The position numbers and the translations under genes are program-made. This document shows, one piece after another, positions 1 to 9,122 of a stretch of 64,000 nt of DNA. Numbering within the stretch: position 1 is the first letter of the stretch; each line of letters opens with the position of its first letter. The notes under the pieces were generated by a model. It was not told where the DNA came from and did no database searches. It saw only the letters and a program-made list of their open reading frames with translations. Source of the DNA: Leptospira biflexa (GTDB taxonomy: Bacteria; Spirochaetota; UBA4802; UB4802); NCBI GenBank assembly GCA_020721905.1, contig DYLU01000002.1, positions 11,314 through 75,313 on the forward strand, read 5' to 3'.

Positions 1-243
1 ATAAATTACTACTCTGTTATAGGAACTATAAAAAATGAATCATTTGAGCTGTATAAGCTTGCCCTGAAACTTAACAGTACCCTGGATTATGGCGCACTGG
101 CATTGCTCAATGACACGTTGATCTTAAGAAATACCCTTTTGCTCAAAGATTGTGATCCACAGCGATTTACGAAATCACTGTTTTATATTGCGGCGAAAGC
201 AGATGAACTAGAAGAGATGCTCATTACTAAAAATATTTATTAG
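1..243 (+). CDS. 3' end of a CDS whose start lies outside the window; hypothetical protein (YbjN-like C-terminus is only a guess)
   Basis: Frame 1 is open from base 1 to TAG 241-243 (...LNDTLILRNTLLLKDCDPQRFTKSLFYIAAKADELEEMLITKNIY*). It is absent from the ORF track because it has no in-window start. Confidence 0.4.
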   Translation: MNYYSVIGTIKNESFELYKLALKLNSTLDYGALALLNDTLILRNTLLLKDCDPQRFTKSLFYIAAKADELEEMLITKNIY

Positions 244-761
244 TTTAGTCTTCCCTTCAGTTTATGGCCTAACTCCGCAATATATTTATAATTATCAACA
301 TTATCAGCAAAAAGCAATAGCGCAATATTGTCTTTTGTAATGAGAACTATCCTGTCTTTGTTAAATTGATAATAATCCTGAAGCTTTTTTATCTCAACTG
401 AAGCTACTTTGCTGTCCTTAAATAAAAGCAAGTAGTACACCAGATCATCCCCATATGGCCTTGATTCAGTAGCCATGATGGCAATATACATGCTTTTTAT
501 GTTTGCAGCATTGCCATCAGGATATAGTTTGGAAGCAAGAAATCGTATACCATCTGAATTCACAATACAGGGATTTCCATTAAACACCTTCTTTGCAAAA
601 TTAGGTACTTTCCCAAATATAAAACCCTGCGGCACATCTTCAGGAGCTATCGCTAATTTTAAAAAAAGAGAATTATCATCCGAATACACCATCCCCATAG
701 CCATTCCCAATGCCATAACGACACTTACATATATGACTAATGCTACATTATGTACTCTCAT
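240..761 (-). CDS. hypothetical signal-anchored/secreted protein
   Basis: 173-aa ORF with a hydrophobic N-terminus (VALVIYVSVVMALGMAMGMV). No recognisable catalytic motif. It converges on the previous CDS with a 4-nt overlap. Confidence 0.5.
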   Translation of the reverse strand: MRVHNVALVIYVSVVMALGMAMGMVYSDDNSLFLKLAIAPEDVPQGFIFGKVPNFAKKVFNGNPCIVNSDGIRFLASKLYPDGNAANIKSMYIAIMATESRPYGDDLVYYLLLFKDSKVASVEIKKLQDYYQFNKDRIVLITKDNIALLLFADNVDNYKYIAELGHKLKGRLN

Positions 762-1036
762 AGCTTTACCTTTTATATTGTACTGTTTAACATCACTATA
801 CTATCGGAAAAATAATCAATTTTTAAAATTCATTTTTTCTTGACAAATAAATACCTACACAATTAAGCTAATATATGTATAGTAAATTATTTTTGTTATG
901 TCACATAAATGTTATTGACTTTTTTGTTTCAGTATGCCATTGTTTTATACAAATACCAAGTAGCAAACAATCCATAACCATTGCATGATATTTTTCTTCA
1001 TCATTCGTACTAATTCACCGTTTATGGAGTTTTTAT

Positions 1037-3112
1037 ATGGCAGATTCAAAAGATAGCCCCCAGTTTATCAGAAAACGGGATGGCAGGATAGTTCCTTTTA
1101 ATATTGAAAAGATTACAGAAGCAATATTCAAGGCTGCCCGTGCTGTTGGCGGCACTGACAGAAATACTGCAGCTCAAATTGCTAAATCAGTGGTTGATAT
1201 ATTGTCTTTATTATATAAAGGCGAGCATATTCCAACAGTTGAAAATGTTCAGGATTTAGTTGAAAAGATGCTCATAGAAAAAGGGCATGCAAAAGTTGCA
1301 AAAGCCTACATTCTGTACCGTGAACAGCACCGTAAAATACGTGAAGCGAAAAGCCTTTTCAGTGAAGGTATTCAGCTTATTGAAGATTACCTTGACAGAT
1401 CAGACTGGCGTGTAAACGAAAACAGCAATATGAGTTATTCTTTGCAGGGTTTAAACAATCATATTGCATCTGCAGTAACAGCTAAATACTGGCTTGAACG
1501 AATTTATCCTCCCGAAATCAGAGATGCACATGTTAATTGTGATCTTCATTTACATGATTTAGGATTGCTTTCTGCATACTGCGTTGGCTGGGATTTGCGC
1601 GACCTTTTGCTGAGCGGGTTTGGTGGTGTCCCCGGCAAAGTTGAAAGTAAACCTGCAAAACATTTCAGAAGTGCACTGGGACAGATAGTTAATTTTTTCT
1701 ATACCCTGCAGGGTGAATCGGCAGGTGCTCAAGCCTTTGCAAACTTTGATACGTATCTGGCTCCATTCATACGTTACGATAACTTAGATTATGCTGGCGT
1801 AAAACAGTGCCTGCAGGAATTTATTTTCAATATGAATATACCTACCCGTGTAGGATTCCAAACACCATTTACCAATATCACACTTGACCTTACTGTTCCC
1901 CGTTCTATAGCTGATGAACATGTTATCATTGGGGGACAATTCATGGTTGAGACATACGCACAGTTTCAAAAAGAAATGGATATCTTCAATACCGCCTTTG
2001 CTGAATGCATGCTTGAAGGTGATGCTCGCCACAGAATATTCACATTCCCCATACCCACATACAATATCACCAAAGATTTTGACTGGGAAAATCCTGCAAT
2101 AAACCTGCTATGGGAAATTACTGCTAAATATGGTATACCCTATTTTGCAAACTTTGTCAATTCTGACATGGATCCGGATGATGCACGTTCCATGTGCTGC
2201 CGTCTGCGACTTGATAACAGGGAACTACGCAAACGGGGTGGAGGTCTGTTTGGTGCAAATCCACTAACCGGAAGTATTGGTGTAGTAACCATTAATATGC
2301 CGCGTCTTGGATACCTTTCCAAAACAAAAGATGAATTTTTTGACAATCTTGCTCATTTAATGGATTTAGCTCGAAATTCATTGGAAATTAAACGTAAAGT
2401 TCTGGAAAACTTTACTGCTAATAATCTTTATCCTTATACTAGGGTTTATTTACGTGATGTATATCAACGATTCCAAAAATACTGGGTTAATCATTTCTCA
2501 ACTATTGGCCTTGTTGGGATGAACGAAGCCTGCCTTAATCTTTTAGGTCAGGACATAACAACTGAAGAAGGGAAAGAGTTCACTGCTCAGGTACTGGATT
2601 TTATGCGTGATAAAATTACCACCTATCAGCATGAAACGGGTAATTTATATAATCTGGAAGCAACACCTGCTGAGGGAGTAAGTTACCGCTTTGCGCGCCA
2701 TGATAAAAACAAATTCCCGGACATCATAACATCCGGTAAAAATGAGCCATATTATACCAACTCTATTCATCCACCGGTAGGATTTGCTCATGATATATTT
2801 GATTTGCTGGATCACCAGGATCAACTGCAGACAAAATTCACCGGGGGCACGGTAGTTCATTGCTTTTTAGGTGAAAAGATTGATGATCCGCAGATGGTTA
2901 AACTTCTGGTTAAAACCATTGCTTTTAACTACCATATACCATATTTTACCATTACGCCAACGTTCAGTATTTGTCCTGTTCATGGGTATATTCCGGGCAA
3001 TCATAAATTTTGTCCTTATGAGCATACAAAAGAAGAACTTGAGATGTTTGGCATAGATGTCGAAATTGAAGATAAAAAGCCATTGCAGATTGAAACACAG
3101 ATACAGCAGTAA
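1037..3112 (+). CDS. nrdD: anaerobic ribonucleoside-triphosphate reductase (class III RNR), main body, ending at an in-frame TAA before the glycyl-radical site
   Basis: N-terminal ATP-cone (IRKRDGRIVPFNIEKI...YILYREQH), thiyl-radical loop SMCCRLRLD followed by GGGLFGANPLTGSIGVVTINMPRLGY, and a C-terminal metal-ribbon remnant CPVH..CPYEH. GGAG lies 8 nt upstream of the ATG. Confidence 0.93.
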   Translation: MADSKDSPQFIRKRDGRIVPFNIEKITEAIFKAARAVGGTDRNTAAQIAKSVVDILSLLYKGEHIPTVENVQDLVEKMLIEKGHAKVAKAYILYREQHRKIREAKSLFSEGIQLIEDYLDRSDWRVNENSNMSYSLQGLNNHIASAVTAKYWLERIYPPEIRDAHVNCDLHLHDLGLLSAYCVGWDLRDLLLSGFGGVPGKVESKPAKHFRSALGQIVNFFYTLQGESAGAQAFANFDTYLAPFIRYDNLDYAGVKQCLQEFIFNMNIPTRVGFQTPFTNITLDLTVPRSIADEHVIIGGQFMVETYAQFQKEMDIFNTAFAECMLEGDARHRIFTFPIPTYNITKDFDWENPAINLLWEITAKYGIPYFANFVNSDMDPDDARSMCCRLRLDNRELRKRGGGLFGANPLTGSIGVVTINMPRLGYLSKTKDEFFDNLAHLMDLARNSLEIKRKVLENFTANNLYPYTRVYLRDVYQRFQKYWVNHFSTIGLVGMNEACLNLLGQDITTEEGKEFTAQVLDFMRDKITTYQHETGNLYNLEATPAEGVSYRFARHDKNKFPDIITSGKNEPYYTNSIHPPVGFAHDIFDLLDHQDQLQTKFTGGTVVHCFLGEKIDDPQMVKLLVKTIAFNYHIPYFTITPTFSICPVHGYIPGNHKFCPYEHTKEELEMFGIDVEIEDKKPLQIETQIQQ

Positions 3113-3154
3113 GAAATTTATAATTTTGTTACTATATTAAACGGGGGTTACATA

Positions 3155-3346
3155 ATGCAAAAGCACCACGAAAAAAAAATACCTGTTGAAGTATATTCAA
3201 GGGTTGTTGGGTATTTCAGACCAGTTAACCAATGGAATAAAGGAAAACAGGAAGAATTTCAAGAAAGAAAAGAGTTTATGAAAGATGAATTATTTAAGGT
3301 AGCCACACATGAATATTCGGGGTATTCAAAAAACCTCACTCATTGA
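3155..3346 (+). CDS. detached NrdD C-terminal glycyl-radical domain (63 aa)
   Basis: Contains the class III RNR radical motif VYSRVVGYFRPVNQWNKGKQEEFQERK. It is in the same frame as nrdD, separated by TAA 3110-3112 plus 14 sense codons. GGGGG 3143-3147 lies 7 nt upstream of ATG 3155. Confidence 0.75.
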   Translation: MQKHHEKKIPVEVYSRVVGYFRPVNQWNKGKQEEFQERKEFMKDELFKVATHEYSGYSKNLTH

Positions 3347-4004
3347 CTTTCCGCAGGTTATTAGCACTGTCCTTTTTACCGGTGGATGCAATTTACGCTG
3401 TCTTTACTGCCATAATGCATCATTGGCGTGCAATGACTGTAATTTGCAACAATATTCAAACCATGAGGTGCTGGAATTTTTACATAAACGAAAGCACCTT
3501 ATTGGTGGTGTTGTCATTACCGGTGGTGAACCAACACTTGCAAAGGGTATAATTCCCTTTTTAGAAAAGGTAAAAGAAACAGGATTAAAAGTAAAATTGG
3601 ACACTAATGGATTTCAGCCTCAGGTGTTAAAAAAAATACTGTCACAAAGGCTTGTTGACTACATAGCAATAGATATTAAAACATCACCAGAAAAATATCC
3701 AGTATTGACAAGAACAAAACTTTCATTTGATTTAATCATGAAATCTATTGCACTGCTCAAAGAACACCACGTAACATTTGAACTCAGGACAACCTGTGTA
3801 CCAGGGTTTGTAACCATTGAAGATTTTCAAGGTATAAAAGAGCGTGTGGGTAATGTTATGTATTATTATCTGCAGCAATTTGATAACCAGCACACACTGG
3901 ATGAATCGCTTCGCACAGTTAAACCTTACCCTAAAGATGTTTTATATTCATTCCAGCAGTTTGTAAAAACATTTGCTACCATTTGTGAAATTCGGGGATT
4001 ATAA
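3309..4004 (+). CDS. nrdG: anaerobic ribonucleotide reductase activating protein (radical SAM)
   Basis: N-terminus MNIRGIQKTSLIDFPQVISTVLFTGGCNLRCLYCHN carries the CxxxCxxC radical-SAM cluster. It sits directly after nrdD and overlaps the glycyl-radical ORF by 38 nt in another frame. Confidence 0.9.
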   Translation: MNIRGIQKTSLIDFPQVISTVLFTGGCNLRCLYCHNASLACNDCNLQQYSNHEVLEFLHKRKHLIGGVVITGGEPTLAKGIIPFLEKVKETGLKVKLDTNGFQPQVLKKILSQRLVDYIAIDIKTSPEKYPVLTRTKLSFDLIMKSIALLKEHHVTFELRTTCVPGFVTIEDFQGIKERVGNVMYYYLQQFDNQHTLDESLRTVKPYPKDVLYSFQQFVKTFATICEIRGL

Positions 4005-4075
4005 AAAATCTGTTGACATTACCTGATATCATTTTTTCTGTGTTATGTATTAATTTCAGGGAGGACAAATAATTT

Positions 4076-4171
4076 ATGAGCAAGCAGTATAGTCCACGCA
4101 TTAAGCGCAAACGTGCAAAACGAAGACTCAAAAGAAAGAAAAAAATGCTGGCAAAAAAGTTATCTAAATAG
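4076..4171 (+). CDS. candidate small, extremely basic protein (31 aa), below the ORF-track cutoff
   Basis: ATG 4076 is preceded by GGGAGG with about 9-nt spacing. My translation is MSKQYSPRIKRKRAKRRLKRKKKMLAKKLSK*. It lies downstream of nrdG on the same strand. Confidence 0.35.
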   Translation: MSKQYSPRIKRKRAKRRLKRKKKMLAKKLSK

Positions 4172-4173
4172 CA

Positions 4174-6855
4174 TTACTTATTTTTAGATTTCAGAATAAT
4201 CTCATCACCAACAACAAGCAGGATGTTATCAATATCAATTTTATCAGAAGAGGGATATGTAGCATTACAGGTAAGCCATATCCCTTTTTCATTACTAAGT
4301 GGTATATACAAGAGCACCGTATCAAAGTATAATCGATTATCCTTGTTCTTCTTGTCAATAAATCTGCTTGAATGGGAACAACCAAAGGCAATATATGACA
4401 TGATCCCATTTTTTGCAAGCATGTAGCGTAAATACAGTATTGCATCAAGCTGTGTGCCTTTCCCTGATCTAGAAAATTGCAAAAGCGATGTAGCTCTATA
4501 AGGGGTGGGATTTATGGTATATTGTTTCAGTTTCCCCATAAGCTCTGATATGATTTCTTCAAATGTCTTCCCGTTTAATTCAGTTTCAGTAAGAAAATAA
4601 TCTGCAATTTTAAAATGCAAACTTTCTTCATTAATCCATTCAATCAGGTTTTCAGATGTAAGCGCCATTATCATAAAATTCCTGTTATTATGTGCCGATA
4701 GTTCATAGGCATTAAATCTGATGTGCTGTATGCCATGCTCTTCTTTTGTAACATTGCCCTGCAATTCTGATACTATAACAGGCTCAACCTGTGAACCCAT
4801 AACAACAATATCCATATCAAATTGCGATAGATTATAATTCTGCTGGATGTGCACTACAGGAATTCCCTTGTTTATAATAAATGATAGTTCCACCAGGGCA
4901 TAGCTGTTCAGGTTTTTATCAAAACATGCCTTAATTCCCCTTTGCAGTGAATTGTTTAAATATTTTATTTTCTTTTTTTCAATCTTTCCGTTTTCACTAA
5001 CCAGGTATATTGTACATCCTGTTATTGTTACATCGCTACCAAAAGCATAATCATTTACCTGTGATGAACTGCCAGTATAATACAGGTCATAAATTGAACA
5101 ATATGCAGTATTATTAATAAATCGTAATGCATAACAAGAATACAGCAGGCCATTAGTTTTTCCTTGTATAGTTTCAAAGGCTAATCGTGAAAAAACATTT
5201 TGATACACATAATCATCAAAAGCATTCTTCAAATAATCACTATGCCATGGTATATCAGAAACTATCACCTCATGCTTCTTGCGGTACATGCTTCCATCAG
5301 ATTCTTCCAGATCAGCTATTGTTGCCAGCAATGCATATGCATGTGAATCAAATCCCCGGGCTATTCTTTTAAACAATACACTTTTTGCATCATTGTATCG
5401 CTTTAATGCCACGAGCGCATGTATATATTTATCAAAAAATCTACTTTCATTATTGTGCTCAACAACAGATACTATCGATCCAAACTGCTCATTCTGCTCA
5501 TAATATTGAATTAATAAAGCTGTAACTTTATCATCTGGGTCTGGTATTGATTCTAATATACTGATGGCTTTTTCAATGTCATGGTATGCTGTAATTTGAG
5601 CAACGATATAAGCAAGATCATTACTGTAAGGATACTCTTTTAACAAAGATTCAAGATTTGCTCTTTTATTAATCAGTACATCTTTTTCTCTATACAACAG
5701 ATAAATCAATAATGGTAGATAATGCCCTTGATTGGCATCAAAAGATTTCTTTAGATATATATAATCATAGTAGCTTTGCCATAATACTGATCTAAACTTT
5801 TCATTATTTTTTAGTAAACTTTGCATTACCAGCTCATATCCCAAAACCTTGTTTTCATATTTATATTTCATCAATAGAGATAAAAATCTGCAGGCTGCTA
5901 ACTCATTGTATGAGTGTAAAGCTTCTTTATAATATTTCAATGCTTCATAACTTTGCAGCGATTCATAAAAAAGCGCAAGTTTAAAAGCCGGATCATTGGA
6001 ACGCTGCTTATTATACTGTGTAAGCAATTGATTTTCATATTCATAATATGTTTCATACCATTGGACATCATGATAATATGAATTTTCTGTATCAGGTAAA
6101 TGTATACTCTGGTCAGTATCATCATAAAACTGTATTTTCAAAAACATGTCTTCTGCTAGTTTATAATATAGGGCAACTGTAAAGCCGCCTTCAGATTCTA
6201 TATGAAACATCCTGACCAGCTTTTTCTTATCCGTCAGAGCATTAACACATATTTTTTTCCCGTTAATATAACAAACATAATCCATATTTGAATAAATCCT
6301 GAGTGTAACGGGTACACTGGCTTTAAAAGACCCACTGCAAAGGCCAGTAGCGTTATACTCCTGAGTAAATTGCTTAACAGGGATAAAACCATTTTGATAT
6401 TGAAATACACGTACCTTGTTTTTACCTGATAAGAAATAAGGATTATTGGTGCATTGAAGAGCTGCAATGCTTTGCGGCATTTTTTCTTTGATATTATCGT
6501 ATATATCCCATCGATTGTTACCCTTAGTGGCGTCTTTTTGGTGTAACTCATCAATGAGAGTAACAATATCCTGAACATACAGCTTTTCAGCATCTGTATC
6601 AGCACTTCTGATTAATTCTTTAAGTAACAATACTGTCTTACTGACCCCTGCAACTTGTTGTATATGATGAATATCTGCCAGAATTAATGCAGGATCAGCT
6701 TTCCCTGATACTATTTCTTTTTCATACAGTTCTATTATATTGAGTGAATTGCCGTTACAGTATATTTGCTTACTGTCTTTACTGATAACAGGCAGAGCTT
6801 TTACAGGAACTATCGCCACCAGTACAATGGCCGTTACTATTAATAATTTATTCAT
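4174..6855 (-). CDS. large secreted hypothetical protein (893 aa); helical-repeat middle, possible DUF3857/pseudo-transglutaminase-like C-terminal part
   Basis: Signal peptide MNKLLIVTAIVLVAIVPVKALP, a Tyr/Leu-rich TPR-like helical region, and C-terminal GKGTQLDAILYLRYMLAKNGI. That segment resembles a transglutaminase-core helix but has Thr where the catalytic Cys would be. The gene starts 12 nt after the mnmE stop. Confidence 0.6.
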   Translation of the reverse strand: MNKLLIVTAIVLVAIVPVKALPVISKDSKQIYCNGNSLNIIELYEKEIVSGKADPALILADIHHIQQVAGVSKTVLLLKELIRSADTDAEKLYVQDIVTLIDELHQKDATKGNNRWDIYDNIKEKMPQSIAALQCTNNPYFLSGKNKVRVFQYQNGFIPVKQFTQEYNATGLCSGSFKASVPVTLRIYSNMDYVCYINGKKICVNALTDKKKLVRMFHIESEGGFTVALYYKLAEDMFLKIQFYDDTDQSIHLPDTENSYYHDVQWYETYYEYENQLLTQYNKQRSNDPAFKLALFYESLQSYEALKYYKEALHSYNELAACRFLSLLMKYKYENKVLGYELVMQSLLKNNEKFRSVLWQSYYDYIYLKKSFDANQGHYLPLLIYLLYREKDVLINKRANLESLLKEYPYSNDLAYIVAQITAYHDIEKAISILESIPDPDDKVTALLIQYYEQNEQFGSIVSVVEHNNESRFFDKYIHALVALKRYNDAKSVLFKRIARGFDSHAYALLATIADLEESDGSMYRKKHEVIVSDIPWHSDYLKNAFDDYVYQNVFSRLAFETIQGKTNGLLYSCYALRFINNTAYCSIYDLYYTGSSSQVNDYAFGSDVTITGCTIYLVSENGKIEKKKIKYLNNSLQRGIKACFDKNLNSYALVELSFIINKGIPVVHIQQNYNLSQFDMDIVVMGSQVEPVIVSELQGNVTKEEHGIQHIRFNAYELSAHNNRNFMIMALTSENLIEWINEESLHFKIADYFLTETELNGKTFEEIISELMGKLKQYTINPTPYRATSLLQFSRSGKGTQLDAILYLRYMLAKNGIMSYIAFGCSHSSRFIDKKNKDNRLYFDTVLLYIPLSNEKGIWLTCNATYPSSDKIDIDNILLVVGDEIILKSKNK

Positions 6856-6867
6856 AAAGTTTCAATA

Positions 6868-8235
6868 TCACTTGCCAATGCAAAAGCGTGAAAAAATAGA
6901 ATTCAGAACATCATCAACGGATATTTCACCAGTGACCGCTCCTATTGTATCAATAACATTTTGAAGTGCTGATGCAATAATTTCATGGGGGCTGCTTATG
7001 GCTATATGATGAAGCGCTTCCCGTGCATACTCAAGAGACTGCTCCAGTAATTGTATCATACGAATATCAGCAATAAAAGAATTTTTGTACTCAACATACT
7101 GTGACCTGATAAATTGATATACCGCATCCTCCAGTGCAGGGACACCATAGCCTGTTTTTGCAGAAAACACAATTCCTTTTTGTCCAATAGCATCCTGAAT
7201 TATTGCTATTGATTCTTGTGTTGCAATATCAGTTTTATTAATGACTGGTATAAACGGTTTATTGCTCATTAATTTCATGATATGCTCATCATCAGAAGTA
7301 AGACCCGTTACTGCATCAATGATAAAAATTATCAGTGATACCTCATCTATCAGTTTGTAGCTCCGCTGCACACCTAAAAGTTCAATCCCATCTGCATATT
7401 CATGTATTCCGGCAGTATCAAGCAGATTGCATTGCATACCCTTAATTGAAACCGATTCTTTTATCACATCCCGGGTTGTCCCCGGTGTATCCGATACAAT
7501 TGCCCGTTCATGATTGAGCATACAGTTTAGAAAGCTGGATTTACCTGCATTGGGTTTTCCTACAATTGCAATATCAATACCGTGAGAAAGATGCTGGCCA
7601 ATCCTACATCTGTTAAGTATTTCCTGTAGTTTATCAATGATAGCGAGCATTCTTTGATGTGCATTTTCAAACGATATAATCTCAATATCATCATCCACAA
7701 AGTCAATAGCACATTCAATATCTGCCTTCAATTCAATAATGTTATGTTTAATATCATTGATTGCATTTTTCAGTGACCCATGCTTTTGCTGTATTGCGGT
7801 TGCTATCTCCCATTCACTGCGTGCAGCAATAATATGGTTTATTGCTTCTGCTTCAGTCAGATCCATCTTGCCATGTAAAAATGCCCGTCTGGTAAACTCA
7901 CCCGGTTCAGCTATCCGTACATTCAGTGCAATAATACAATTCATTATTTTATTTACTATGATTGGATTGCCATGGCAGAATATTTCCACCATATCCTCAC
8001 CTGTATAACTTTGCGGGCGTTTATAATAAATGACAATACAATCATCAATTTCTTCATTGTTATCATGAATACTACCGTAATATGCATATCGGGGAATAAA
8101 TTCCCGGGTATGCCCTTGTAGCCTGAATATAGAAGAAGTGACCCGTAAAGAATCAGGGCCGCTTATCCGTATAATGGCTATTGGTGAATGTACTGGCGGG
8201 GTTGCCGGAGCACATATTGTATCATCCATCTGCAT
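6868..8235 (-). CDS. mnmE: tRNA modification GTPase MnmE (TrmE)
   Basis: G-domain motifs GKPNAGKSS and DTAG, C-terminal FCIGK motif, and the conserved position after jag. Confidence 0.93.
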   Translation of the reverse strand: MQMDDTICAPATPPVHSPIAIIRISGPDSLRVTSSIFRLQGHTREFIPRYAYYGSIHDNNEEIDDCIVIYYKRPQSYTGEDMVEIFCHGNPIIVNKIMNCIIALNVRIAEPGEFTRRAFLHGKMDLTEAEAINHIIAARSEWEIATAIQQKHGSLKNAINDIKHNIIELKADIECAIDFVDDDIEIISFENAHQRMLAIIDKLQEILNRCRIGQHLSHGIDIAIVGKPNAGKSSFLNCMLNHERAIVSDTPGTTRDVIKESVSIKGMQCNLLDTAGIHEYADGIELLGVQRSYKLIDEVSLIIFIIDAVTGLTSDDEHIMKLMSNKPFIPVINKTDIATQESIAIIQDAIGQKGIVFSAKTGYGVPALEDAVYQFIRSQYVEYKNSFIADIRMIQLLEQSLEYAREALHHIAISSPHEIIASALQNVIDTIGAVTGEISVDDVLNSIFSRFCIGK

Positions 8236-8873
8236 TACCTTTTTTCTACAGGCATAATTCTTACCTTTCTATAAATGCCCTGTCCCTCACTCCTTGTGGT
8301 AACCTTTGAATCATTCTGCAATGTCAAATGTATAAGCCTGCGTTCAAATGGATTCATGGGCTCTAATGCCCAGGGCTTGCCGGTTCGGGCAACTTTCAAT
8401 GCAATTTCTTTGGATAATTTTCGCAAAGCTTTTTCTCTTTTTGCCCTGTATGATTCAATATCAAGAATTATCTTTTTTTCTGAATTGGTCATTTTATTAA
8501 CCAGAAGGTTAACCATAAACTGCAATGCCTCCAGGGTTTTCCCTTTTTTACCTATAATTAAACCTGAACTAAAGCTTTCCAGTTCAACATATACCTTATT
8601 TTCGCTTTCCTTATAATCTTTAACCCTGGCTTCAACTTCCATCAACATCAAAATCTTTTCAATAATTTCTTTTACCTGTTGGCCAATATCATCTGCCTGT
8701 TGGTAATATACTCGTATTTTAGCAGGGCGTGATATGCCAAAACCAAAGATACCGCTTTTCCCTTCATCCAGCACTTCAATATTGATTTTGTTCATATCAT
8801 TAATTTTTAATAACGATAAGGCTTTCTTTGTTGCTTCTTCAACGGTCTTCCCTTCAATATCTAACACCTTCAT
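8235..8873 (-). CDS. jag: Jag/SpoIIIJ-associated RNA-binding protein (KH + R3H)
   Basis: KH motif LIIGKKGKTLEALQ and R3H motif ERRLIHLTLQ. I moved the start to ATG 8873 (MKVLDIEG) because GGAGG lies 6-7 nt upstream; the track start at 8912 is a TTG extension. Confidence 0.88.
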   Translation of the reverse strand: MKVLDIEGKTVEEATKKALSLLKINDMNKINIEVLDEGKSGIFGFGISRPAKIRVYYQQADDIGQQVKEIIEKILMLMEVEARVKDYKESENKVYVELESFSSGLIIGKKGKTLEALQFMVNLLVNKMTNSEKKIILDIESYRAKREKALRKLSKEIALKVARTGKPWALEPMNPFERRLIHLTLQNDSKVTTRSEGQGIYRKVRIMPVEKR

Positions 8874-9122
8874 GTTCACGCCTCCTACGAAACTTTGATA
8901 ATAATAGTTCAATGTTTTGTATGGTGATGTTTCTTCCCTCCTTTAATTTTTAATTTTCAATATTTCTTCTTCATGCATTTATCTCAATTACCGTATGAAA
9001 TCGATTGTTTACATAACCTTCCCAATATATTAGCCAGTTTGCATGGTCGTAGTTACAGCCATGTATAACTCTTCTGAAGATAATGTACTTATAAAGTCCT
9101 CACATTTCACACAAAATTTGTA

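Noticed and set aside
843-1036. NrdR boxes upstream of nrdD, including the 13-bp palindrome TTATGT-C-ACATAA at 896-908
   Set aside because: I could not find two properly spaced 16-bp NrdR-type palindromes. The single short palindrome in AT-rich DNA is not enough to call a site.
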